Assembly (NCBI GenBank): GCA_021324255.1
Contig: JAJPJL010000085.1
Coordinates: 1 to 46,968 of the forward strand
DNA length: 46,968 nucleotides
Direction: 5' to 3'
Source: Bacillota bacterium
GTDB lineage: Bacteria > Sysuimicrobiota > Sysuimicrobiia > Sysuimicrobiales > Segetimicrobiaceae
Position 1 is the stretch's first letter; each line of letters opens with the position of its first letter. The notes under the pieces are model-generated. The model was not told the origin of the DNA. It did no database searches and saw only the letters and a list, made by a program, of their open reading frames with translations. This document shows positions 35,960-43,235 of this stretch, piece by piece. The translations under genes were made by a program, and so were the position numbers.

Positions 35960-37585
35960 TTGGTGAGAAGCGGTCGCAAGACACGCTCGATGTGGTACTT
36001 CTTCCTCACAGTAGCGCTCGCGCTCGCGATCCCCGCCCTCTATGTCAACGCGGCCGCCACGGTGGCCCACGCGCAGACGTCAGGCAACGGCGGCGCCGGC
36101 GGCGCGGGTGGCGTCGGCGGTAGCGGCAACGGGCTTCCCGGCAGTCCCGGGACCACGGTCGTTGGCGGCGGCACGGGCGGGGCTGGCGGTGCCGCTGGAA
36201 CGACCGGCGGTGGCGGCGGTGCGGGCGGCGCCGGCGGCAGCGGCGGCAGCAACAATGCGAACACCTCCGGTAACGGCGGCAACGGCGGCAACGGCGGGAA
36301 CGGCAGCAATTCCAACAGTGACGGCGGCGCGGGTGGCGCGGGTGGCGCCACCTCCGGCGGTAACGGAGGTGCCGGTGGTGCCGGCGGCTCGAACAACGGG
36401 AACGGCGGTGCTGGTGGCAAGGGCGGGAACGGCGGCAGCTTCAACGTCAACGACTCCGGGAACGGCGGCGCGGGTGGTGCCGGCGGCAACGCGTCGAACA
36501 GCGCGGGGGCAACCCCCGCGGGCGGAAACGGTAACGGTGGCAACGGCGGCGCAGGCGGCGCCAACCATGGCGGCAACGGCGGTGCGGGCGGCGCCGGCGG
36601 TAATGGAAACGGCAACGGCGGTGCGGGCGGTGGCGGTGGGAACGGCGGCAGCAACGACACGAGCGCATCCGGCAACGGTGGTGCGGGCGGCGCCGGCGGA
36701 GCGAGCGGTATCAACAACGGTGACGGCGGCGCAGGCGGCGCCGGCGGTGCAGGCACCGGCGGCGCGGGTGGCACGGGCGGCAAGGGAGGCAACAACAACG
36801 GTGACGGCGGCGCCGGCGGCAACGGCGGCGCCGGCGGCACGGGCAACAGCGTTTCGTCCGGCAACGGCGGCGCGGGTGGCGCAGGCGGCGCCGGCGGGAA
36901 CGGGAACGGGACCGGCGGAACCGGCGGCGCGGGCGGAACAGCCGCGGGCGCGGCCGGCGGGGCCGGCGGTAGCAACAACGGCAACGGCGGTGCGGGCGGC
37001 AACGGCGGCGCCGGCGGGAACCTGAATCTCGGCAACACGGGCGCCGGCGGTCTCGGCGGATCGGGCAACGGTGGTGCCGGCGGTAAGGGCGGTGCCGGCG
37101 GCAACAACAACGGGATGGGCGGTACCGGCGGGACCGGCACCAATACGGGCGGAACCGGCGGCAGCAACAACGGCAACGGCGGCGCCGGCGGCAACGGCGG
37201 CGCGGGCGGCAACGCCAACGTCAACGGCTCCGGGAACGGCGGTACGGGCGGCAACGGCGGCGCGGGCGGCAACAACAACGGCACGGGCGGCAACGGATCC
37301 GGAACCGCGGCCGGCGGCGCAGGCGGTAGCAACAACGGCAACGGCGGTGCGGGCGGCAACGGCGGCGCCGGCGGCAACAGCAACACCAACGGTTCCGGCA
37401 ACGGGGGCGCGGGCGGCAACGGGGGCGCGGGCGGCAGCAGCAACGGTAACGGCTCGGGCACAAGCGGGAACGGCAACGGCGGCGCCGGAGGCAACGGTGG
37501 AGCCGGCGGGAACAACAACGGCGGCGGCTCCGGCAACGGCGGGGCCGGCGGGGCCGGCGGCTCAGGCGGGAACAACAACATCTAA
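35960..37585 (+). CDS. Secreted glycine/asparagine-rich repeat protein (PGRS-like; ~500 aa of GNGGAGG/GGAGGNNN repeats)
   Basis: AAGGAGG Shine-Dalgarno 5-8 nt before the TTG/GTG start. Signal peptide (M)VRSGRKTRSMWYFFLTVALALAIPALYVNAAATVAHA/QT. The repeats are reminiscent of mycobacterial PGRS domains (…GNGGAGGAGGSNNGNGGAGGNGGAGGN…). The 513-aa Pro-rich ORF on the opposite strand is its antisense shadow. Confidence 0.65.
   Translation: MVRSGRKTRSMWYFFLTVALALAIPALYVNAAATVAHAQTSGNGGAGGAGGVGGSGNGLPGSPGTTVVGGGTGGAGGAAGTTGGGGGAGGAGGSGGSNNANTSGNGGNGGNGGNGSNSNSDGGAGGAGGATSGGNGGAGGAGGSNNGNGGAGGKGGNGGSFNVNDSGNGGAGGAGGNASNSAGATPAGGNGNGGNGGAGGANHGGNGGAGGAGGNGNGNGGAGGGGGNGGSNDTSASGNGGAGGAGGASGINNGDGGAGGAGGAGTGGAGGTGGKGGNNNGDGGAGGNGGAGGTGNSVSSGNGGAGGAGGAGGNGNGTGGTGGAGGTAAGAAGGAGGSNNGNGGAGGNGGAGGNLNLGNTGAGGLGGSGNGGAGGKGGAGGNNNGMGGTGGTGTNTGGTGGSNNGNGGAGGNGGAGGNANVNGSGNGGTGGNGGAGGNNNGTGGNGSGTAAGGAGGSNNGNGGAGGNGGAGGNSNTNGSGNGGAGGNGGAGGSSNGNGSGTSGNGNGGAGGNGGAGGNNNGGGSGNGGAGGAGGSGGNNNI
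36070..37570. repeat. Degenerate GGN-codon tandem repeats (GGC GGC GCC GGC GGC AAC …) underlying the Gly-rich CDS
   Basis: Nucleotide-level repetition of ggcggcgccggcggc / aacggcggcgcgggcggc units across ~1.5 kb. It is coding and has no spacer-repeat architecture, so it is not a CRISPR array. Confidence 0.5.
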
Positions 37586-37607
37586 CGCCTGAACCGCGAT
37601 GGTCGTC

Positions 37608-37639
37608 GAGCGGGGCGTGCCAGAGGGCACGCCCCGCTC
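37608..37639 (+). terminator. Perfect 14-bp stem / 4-nt loop hairpin 23 nt after the Gly-rich gene stop (factor-independent-like terminator, no U-tract)
   Basis: GAGCGGGGCGTGCC-agag-GGCACGCCCCGCTC. Confidence 0.45.
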
Positions 37640-37812
37640 GCGCTTCCAGCCGCGAGGTCTTTCAACCCGTGGAGCGGGCGGCGGGTCCCGTGCGCTTCTC
37701 CCTCGTTCGATTCTCGCCTCGTTACACGATCTTAATGCGGTCTCGCTAGAAAAGAGTTAGAATTTAGGCTGAGGAGGAACTGCGCCGCCGTTCGGTACGC
37801 TCGATATGGTGT

Positions 37813-37887
37813 GGCGCGCCCGGAGGGATTTGAACCCCCGACCTACGGATTCGTAGTCCGGCGCTCTATCCGCTGAGCTACGGGCGC
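37813..37887 (-). tRNA. tRNA-Arg (anticodon ACG)
   Basis: Reverse complement GCGCCCGUAGCUCAGCGGAUAGAGCGCCGGACUACGAAUCCGUAGGUCGGGGGUUCAAAUCCCUCCGGGCGCGCCA. Cloverleaf with anticodon loop CUACGAA. CCA encoded. Confidence 0.85.
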
Positions 37888-37989
37888 GATCTCGGTACGG
37901 CACCAATATTAACAAAACGCGGTTGCTTTCTCCAGGCACCGGCTCGACGACGCAACACGACGGCCTGCAGGCACGCGGGGGAGGCGGCA

Positions 37990-38508
37990 ATGATGCGGCG
38001 GTGGCTTTGGATCTCTTTCACGGTCCTGACGCTCGCGACGGCAGGGGCGCCCGCGTACGCGCAGGGGATCAACCCGGTTCTTCCCGGACAGGCCATCGGC
38101 GGATTCCGGCTCGGCGAAGACGTCAACACCATGGTGAGGTCGCTGGGTCCGGTTCACTCCGCGGATGATATTCCGAGCAGCAACCTCACGGCGTATTTCT
38201 GGCCGCTGAGGCGCATCGGCGCGATCGCCGACAAGACGTCCAGCAAGGTGGTCGCGCTCGTCGTCTCGATGGACGATGGCTACCGGACCGACAAGGGCAT
38301 CGCCGCGGGCGCGGAGATGGAGTCTGTACGAAGCGCCTACGGGCAGGAAGACAGCGTGGACAGCCACGAGGACGACGATACCCTGGTGTACGACAAGATC
38401 GGCGTGGCGTTTCTCGTGGACAAGACCGGAGCGCTGGGCAGCCGCGTGTCGGCGATCTTCGTCTTCAACCCCGGCCAGTACAAGACGATCTTCCAGCAAA
38501 CCCCGTAG
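37990..38508 (+). CDS. Hypothetical secreted protein (signal peptide)
   Basis: MMRRWLWISFTVLTLATAGAPAYA/QG signal peptide. High GC3. No family recognised. 172 aa. Confidence 0.65.
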   Translation: MMRRWLWISFTVLTLATAGAPAYAQGINPVLPGQAIGGFRLGEDVNTMVRSLGPVHSADDIPSSNLTAYFWPLRRIGAIADKTSSKVVALVVSMDDGYRTDKGIAAGAEMESVRSAYGQEDSVDSHEDDDTLVYDKIGVAFLVDKTGALGSRVSAIFVFNPGQYKTIFQQTP

Positions 38509-38565
38509 CGGGGAACCCCGCCGCAATCATCGACGTGCCGCGGACGCGGCGCCGCCGGCCTTCAG

Positions 38566-38608
38566 CCGGCCCGCCGCCGCGCGACCCGGGTCGCGGCGGC
38601 GGGCCGGC
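38566..38608. terminator. Long near-perfect GC palindrome between convergent genes (putative bidirectional terminator)
   Basis: GCCGGCCCGCCGCCGCGCGACCCGGGTCGCGGCGGCGGGCCGGC, centred on CCCGGG. It lies between the + gene stop (38508) and the otsAB stop (38620). Confidence 0.4.
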
Positions 38609-38619
38609 ATCGCCCGCGG

Positions 38620-40992
38620 TCAGCGAGGCGTGTGGGCCAGTCGGGTCTCGAGCGTCCGCCGCGCACGGGCCACGTCGTCGCGGAGCGCCGCGATGCCGGC
38701 GGCGCGGCCGGCGCCCTCGCCCGTCGCGCCGCCGGTCAACACCAACACCCACAGCAGCCTGTGCACGTCATCCACGCCGGCGACTCGGTACCGCGCAGCG
38801 GTCTGCGGCGGACGGCGGCCGACTTTGATCGTGAGCGCCGACTCGGGCAGCGCACGGAAGGCGTCCTCATCCGCCCAATCGTCGCCGATGTAGATCGGTT
38901 GAACGCGCATCGCCCAGGCGTCCCCAAACGTTTGCATCAAGATGCGCCGGACCGCGGCGCCCTTGTCCCACGCCACGTTGGGCCGCACTTCGAGGGCGTG
39001 GGCGCCGAGCTGGACGCCGATTTGCCCGGGCGCCGCCTGCCCGGTTTCCTCGAACACGACATCCCGGACCCGTTCGAGAAACGCGTGTGGCGTGCGCCGG
39101 TAGTGCACCGTGAGCGTCAGCCCCTTGTCCTGCAACCAGGCGCCGGGAATCTCACGCAGCCGGCGTGCAAGCCGCACGGCGCATGCTTCGATCGCCGGAC
39201 GCGCCCGCTCCGCGTCGGGCAGCACCCAGGTCGCGTCCCCATCCGTCATCTCCAATCCGTAGTTCCCGGCGTACACGAAGCCGTCGATTCCAATGCGCCC
39301 CGTCAAATCGTCGAGCGCGCGACCGCTGACGATGGCGACCAGGGTCGCGGGACGCTCCGCCAGCCGGAGCAGCGCGGTTCGGGCATCGGGGGGCAGGGAC
39401 ACCCGCGACGGATCGTCGTGGAATGGCGCCAGGGTCCCGTCGAAGTCCAGGAAGACGGCCAATGGGCGTCCGCTGCGCGATGTGTGCTCGACGGCCGCCG
39501 CCGCCTCGGCCTTGGGGCGGATGGCCGTGCCGGCGTGGAGCAGCCGGGACGCGGTCTCGAGGTGCTTGCCCATCCAGCGATACACGTCCTGCGCAAACAC
39601 GTGCCGCCGCAGGTGATCGAGCCGCTGCCGCCGCTCTTCCACGGGCATCGCAAGCGCCCGCGCCATCGCCGCGGCGCAACCGGCCGCGTCGTACGGATTG
39701 ATGGACACGCTGCCGGTGAGCTCGTCGTGCGCACCGGCGAACTCGCTGAGGAGCAGCACACCGCTCACATCCACCTGGCATGCCACGAATTCCTTGGCCA
39801 CGAGGTTCATGCCGTCCTGAATGGAACTGACGACGCACAGGTCCGCGAGCCGGTAGAGCGCGGCCATGCCGGCCGGTGGCAGCGGATCGGGCAGCGCGAT
39901 AATCGGAATCCAATCCGGCGTGCCGTGGGCCGCGTTGAGCCGCTCGATCCGCTCCTCGATCCGAGCCCGGAGATCGCGGTACACCTTGATCTGTCCCCGG
40001 CTCGCGGCGAGCTTTTGAATGAACACGACGCGGCCGCGGTATTCCGGCCACCGGGACAGCAATTGATCGATGCCGCGGAGCCGCTTGAGGATGCCCTTCG
40101 TGTAGTCGAGCCGATCCACGCTGAGCACGATCCGCCGCCCCTCGAGACCGAGCACGCGGCGGAACCCATCCATCCACCGCTCGGCCTGCGGCGACCGCGC
40201 AACCTCGTCGAGGGCCGCGGCGTCCACGCTGATCGGAAACGCCTCCACCACCGTCCGCCGCCCCGCGTACCAGACGGTGTTGCCGGACACGTGCGCCCCG
40301 AGATCGCGCCGCGCGCACTCGAGGAAGTGCTCGACGTGCCGATCGTGTTGAAACGTGAGGAGGTCGTTCGCCAGCAGGCCGTCGAGGAGCGCCACCCGCT
40401 CCGGGCAGACCCGAAACGCGTCCCACGCGGGCCACGGCACGTGCCAGAAATGCATGAGAAACAGATCCGGCCGAAGCTCCCGCAGCGCGCGCGGACACGT
40501 CGCCAGGTGGTAATCGTGCAGCCACACGACCGCGTCGCGAGGGGCCTCCGCGGCGACCGCCTCCGCGAACCGCCGGTTGACCGCCTGGTACGTCTCCCAG
40601 TACCGCGTCCGCACGCGGACTTGGTCCATGACCATGTGGCAGAGCGGCCACAAGACCTGGTTCGCATAGCCGTAATAGTAGCCGTCGACGTCCGGCCGGG
40701 AGAGCGCGATACGCTTGAGCGTGTAGCGCGGGTTGTCATCCGGCACCTGCACCCGGCCATCCGCGTCGGCGACCGCGAAGTCCGCGTCACCGTCGCCCCA
40801 TGCGATCCAGGTGCCCGAGACAGCCTGCATCACCGGGTCCAGGGCGGCCACCAGTCCCCCGGCGGGACGCTCCACGCTGATGCCTCCCGGGCCGGTTCGA
40901 TGCGCGTAAGGTTCGCGATTGCTGACGATCACCAGCTGGCGCCCTTTCAGCATGCCGTCGAGTTGCTCAAGGCGCCCTCGTGCGATGACCAT
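38620..40992 (-). CDS. otsA: Bifunctional trehalose-6-phosphate synthase (GT20, OtsA) / trehalose-6-phosphate phosphatase (HAD, OtsB) fusion
   Basis: N-terminal GT20 (RQLVIVSNREPY…, …GYANQVLWPLCH…, …VDRLDYTKGI…, LVAKEFVAC… (GT20 nucleotide-sugar-binding region)). The C-terminal ~270 aa is HAD trehalose-phosphatase (VFLDFDGTLAP… motif I, …GKG/ …IYIGDDWADEDAF motif IV). GGAGGTG at 6 nt before the ATG. 790 aa. Confidence 0.9.
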   Translation of the reverse strand: MVIARGRLEQLDGMLKGRQLVIVSNREPYAHRTGPGGISVERPAGGLVAALDPVMQAVSGTWIAWGDGDADFAVADADGRVQVPDDNPRYTLKRIALSRPDVDGYYYGYANQVLWPLCHMVMDQVRVRTRYWETYQAVNRRFAEAVAAEAPRDAVVWLHDYHLATCPRALRELRPDLFLMHFWHVPWPAWDAFRVCPERVALLDGLLANDLLTFQHDRHVEHFLECARRDLGAHVSGNTVWYAGRRTVVEAFPISVDAAALDEVARSPQAERWMDGFRRVLGLEGRRIVLSVDRLDYTKGILKRLRGIDQLLSRWPEYRGRVVFIQKLAASRGQIKVYRDLRARIEERIERLNAAHGTPDWIPIIALPDPLPPAGMAALYRLADLCVVSSIQDGMNLVAKEFVACQVDVSGVLLLSEFAGAHDELTGSVSINPYDAAGCAAAMARALAMPVEERRQRLDHLRRHVFAQDVYRWMGKHLETASRLLHAGTAIRPKAEAAAAVEHTSRSGRPLAVFLDFDGTLAPFHDDPSRVSLPPDARTALLRLAERPATLVAIVSGRALDDLTGRIGIDGFVYAGNYGLEMTDGDATWVLPDAERARPAIEACAVRLARRLREIPGAWLQDKGLTLTVHYRRTPHAFLERVRDVVFEETGQAAPGQIGVQLGAHALEVRPNVAWDKGAAVRRILMQTFGDAWAMRVQPIYIGDDWADEDAFRALPESALTIKVGRRPPQTAARYRVAGVDDVHRLLWVLVLTGGATGEGAGRAAGIAALRDDVARARRTLETRLAHTPR

Positions 40993-41046
40993 GCATCACA
41001 CCTCCGCCGCGCGGATGTCGCTCCGGACCCATGAGGCTCCATGCGC

Positions 41047-41083
41047 AAAACAAAACCCACCCGGAGAAGGTCTCCGGGTGGTT
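41047..41083 (-). terminator. Intrinsic terminator (9-bp stem CACCCGGAG/CTCCGGGTG, 5-nt loop, followed by GGUUUUGUUUUG) ~55 nt upstream of the otsA start; expression-platform terminator of the riboswitch leader
   Basis: On the minus strand: CACCCGGAGACCUUCUCCGGGUGGGUUUUGUUUUGC. This is a classic hairpin plus U-tract, rare in this GC-rich window. Confidence 0.6.
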
Positions 41084-41097
41084 CATGGCCCGGCTGG

Positions 41098-41240
41098 CCT
41101 TCTCTCGATGCCTACGGGGTTAGCTGACGGGCTCGGGCCGAGAGACTTGCCCTACCTGCGCGCACACACAGGCTGCGCCCCACGAACTTGGGTCCCCCGT
41201 TCCCCGAACGGTCCTCGGGGATTCGGCACATCGTGCGTTG
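41098..41240 (-). promoter_or_regulatory. ydaO/kimA-type cyclic-di-AMP riboswitch aptamer in the 5' leader of otsA-otsB
   Basis: The minus-strand RNA contains hallmark ydaO blocks in the right order: GCCGAAUCC…GGGGAAC…CGGGGGACCCAAG…GGUAGGGCAAGUC…CCCGAGCCCGUCAGCUAACCCCGUAGGCAUCGAGAGAAGG. Compare B. subtilis/T. tengcongensis GCCGAAUCC…GGGGGACCCAA…GGUAGGGCGAAA…CCCGACAGCUAACUCCGGAGGCAAU / …CGUAAGCGUUCGAGAGGAGG. It is followed by an intrinsic terminator and preceded by an AT-rich TACAAT -10-like element at ~41270. Confidence 0.6.
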
Positions 41241-41360
41241 CCGCGATGTCGCGACTCGATCTCGTTTCTATTGTAATATTTTCCCCGTTTCCCGGCGGAG
41301 TTTCACAAAGGTTTCGCGGCGTCCGCGCTCGGGCGCGCGTCCCGCGGGATCCGGCCGCGG

Positions 41361-42200
41361 TTATCGCGCCCGCACGTCGAGCGCGTCGCGCAGGGCGTCG
41401 CCGATGAAGAACACGGCGACCACGCTGAGGGTGACCACCGCGCCGGGCGCGATCACGAGCACCGGGTTGGAGGTGAGATAGCTCTCCGCCTGCGTCATCA
41501 GGTTGCCCCACGTCGGGATCTCCGGGGGCAGCCCGAATCCAAGAAAGTCGAGCGCGGCTTCCGCCAGCATCGCACCGCCCACGGCGAACGCCGCCTGCAC
41601 CAGGATGGGGGCCATGGCATTCGGTAAGATGTGCCGAAAGACCACGCGCCGCACACCGGCGCCGCCCGCCCGGGCCGCCTCCACGAACTCCCGCTCGCGC
41701 AGCGACAGATACTCCGCGCGCACGATGCGCGCCAAGCCCGTCCAGCCGAACAAGCCCAGGTAACCGACCATCAAGGCCACGGGCGCGCGTCCGGCGGTCC
41801 AGTTGAGCAGGATGAGAAGCAGAAAGATCGCCGGGAAGCTGAGCACGAGATCCACGAGGCGCATCACGGCGGCGTCCACGCGGCCGCCGAGATATCCCGC
41901 CAGGGACCCGAGCGTGACCCCGATCGCGCTTCCGACCAGCATCGCGGTCATGCCGACCAACAGGCTCACGCGCCCTCCATATAATAGCCGCGCCAGCTCG
42001 TCGCGGCCGAGATCGTCGGTGCCGAGCGGGTGGCGGGGGGTCGGCGCTTCGAGCGCGTGGTCCGGATCGAGCGCGGCGGGATTGTACGGCGTCAGGAGCG
42101 GCGCGAGCGCGGCCCCGCCCATGACGAGCGCGAGCGCAACGGCGCCCGCGACGGCCGCCCGATGCCGGCGGAAGCGCCCCCAGACGCGTGCGGCCATCAT
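41361..42200 (-). CDS. ABC transporter permease, OppC/DppC family (second opp-like locus)
   Basis: …AVAGAVALALVMGGAALAPLLTPYNP…HPLGTDDLGRDELARLLYGGRVSLLVG…. EAA loop FVEAARAGGAGVRRVVFRHILPN. Start chosen at ATGATG (42200). The track's TTG at 42281 would overlap the OppB stop by 32 nt. Confidence 0.85.
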   Translation of the reverse strand: MMAARVWGRFRRHRAAVAGAVALALVMGGAALAPLLTPYNPAALDPDHALEAPTPRHPLGTDDLGRDELARLLYGGRVSLLVGMTAMLVGSAIGVTLGSLAGYLGGRVDAAVMRLVDLVLSFPAIFLLLILLNWTAGRAPVALMVGYLGLFGWTGLARIVRAEYLSLREREFVEAARAGGAGVRRVVFRHILPNAMAPILVQAAFAVGGAMLAEAALDFLGFGLPPEIPTWGNLMTQAESYLTSNPVLVIAPGAVVTLSVVAVFFIGDALRDALDVRAR

Positions 42201-42249
42201 CGGCAACCGGCGCCGCCGGGCGCGAGCACGCGTGCCGCCTTCGTGAGTA

Positions 42250-43200
42250 TCATTGATATCGGATCCGCGGGTCGAGCGCAACGTACGCCAGGTCCGCCAT
42301 GAGATTGCCGGCGACCAGCAGCGCGGCGCTCATCATCAACCCCGCCATCTGGACGGGGTAGTCGCGATTGTTGAGCGCCTCCAGGAACAACCGTCCCATC
42401 CCCGGCCAGCCAAAGATCGATTCCGTGATCACCGCCCCGCCCACGAGCGCGTGCAGATCCAGCCCGATCAGCGTCGCGATCGGGATCAGGGCGTTGCGCA
42501 GCATGTGGCGCCGCCGCACGCGCGCCTCAGGCAAACCTTTCGCGCGTGCGGTGCGAACGTAATCCTGCGAGAGCACGTCCAGGAGGCTGCTCCGGAGGTA
42601 GCGGCTCCAGCTCGCAATGGAGCCGAGCCCCAGCACGAGAGCGGGCAGGACCAGGTGGCGCGCAAGGTCCGGCAGCGACGCGTTCCCGACCTCGTGCATC
42701 CCGGCCACCGGCAGGAGCCGCCAGCGGACCGCAAACAGGAGCTGCAGCATCAACCCAAACCAGAACGTCGGCATGGCCCAGGCGAAGAACGAGCCGAACG
42801 ACAGCGCGGTGTCGCCCCACGAGTACTTGTGCGTGGCGGCAAACGTGCCGAGCGGGATGGCCAGGGCGATCGCCAGGCCGAACGCGCTCAGCATCAAGGC
42901 CAAGGTAGCCGGGAGCCGCTCGCCGATCATCGCCAGCACCGGACGTCCCGTATAGTAGGAATCGCCCCACTGGCCCCGCAGCAAGGCGCCCGCCCAGACC
43001 ACGTAGCGCGCGTACCACGGACGGTCGAAGCCCAATTGATGCCGCAGGATCGCGATGCGCTCCGGCGTCACCTGCGGGTTGTGCATGTACACCGCGAGGG
43101 GCCCGCCGGGCGCGAGGTTCATGATCGCGTACCCGACCAGCGATACGAGCGCCAGGAGCGCCACAGCCTGCGCCGCCCGCTGCAGGACGTAGCGCGTCAT
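42250..43200 (-). CDS. ABC transporter permease, OppB/DppB family (second opp-like locus)
   Basis: MTRYVLQRAAQAVALLALVSLVGYAIMNLAPGGP… N-terminus. EAA loop YVRTARAKGLPEARVRRRHMLRNALIPIAT. C-terminus …DPRIRYQ. Confidence 0.9.
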   Translation of the reverse strand: MTRYVLQRAAQAVALLALVSLVGYAIMNLAPGGPLAVYMHNPQVTPERIAILRHQLGFDRPWYARYVVWAGALLRGQWGDSYYTGRPVLAMIGERLPATLALMLSAFGLAIALAIPLGTFAATHKYSWGDTALSFGSFFAWAMPTFWFGLMLQLLFAVRWRLLPVAGMHEVGNASLPDLARHLVLPALVLGLGSIASWSRYLRSSLLDVLSQDYVRTARAKGLPEARVRRRHMLRNALIPIATLIGLDLHALVGGAVITESIFGWPGMGRLFLEALNNRDYPVQMAGLMMSAALLVAGNLMADLAYVALDPRIRYQ

Positions 43201-43235
43201 CGGCCCCTACGGCCGGCGGACGGCGGCGGGACGCC

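Noticed and set aside
36070-37570. Possibility that the periodic GGC-rich repeats are a CRISPR array or non-coding satellite
   Set aside because: Repeat units are 3-nt-periodic, degenerate and without unique spacers. They translate into a continuous signal-peptide-bearing Gly/Asn protein. No cas genes are nearby.
36040-37581. 513-aa proline-rich ORF (PPAPPAPPLP…) on the minus strand
   Set aside because: It is the exact antisense of the GGN-repeat Gly-rich gene. The + strand frame has an AAGGAGG Shine-Dalgarno, a signal peptide, and a Gly-rich paralog elsewhere (31858-32568). The minus ORF has none of these.
38632-41034. 800-aa + strand ORF
   Set aside because: Antisense shadow of the otsA-otsB fusion gene. 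It has no recognisable domains, is Arg/Pro/Gly-rich and low-complexity, as is typical of reverse frames in high-GC DNA. It also runs through the riboswitch/terminator region.
41270-41300. Precise promoter (-35/-10) for the riboswitch leader
   Set aside because: A TACAAT -10-like hexamer is present on the minus strand (41270-41275), but no convincing -35 is found at 16-18-nt spacing. It is kept as supporting evidence in the riboswitch finding rather than as a separate feature.
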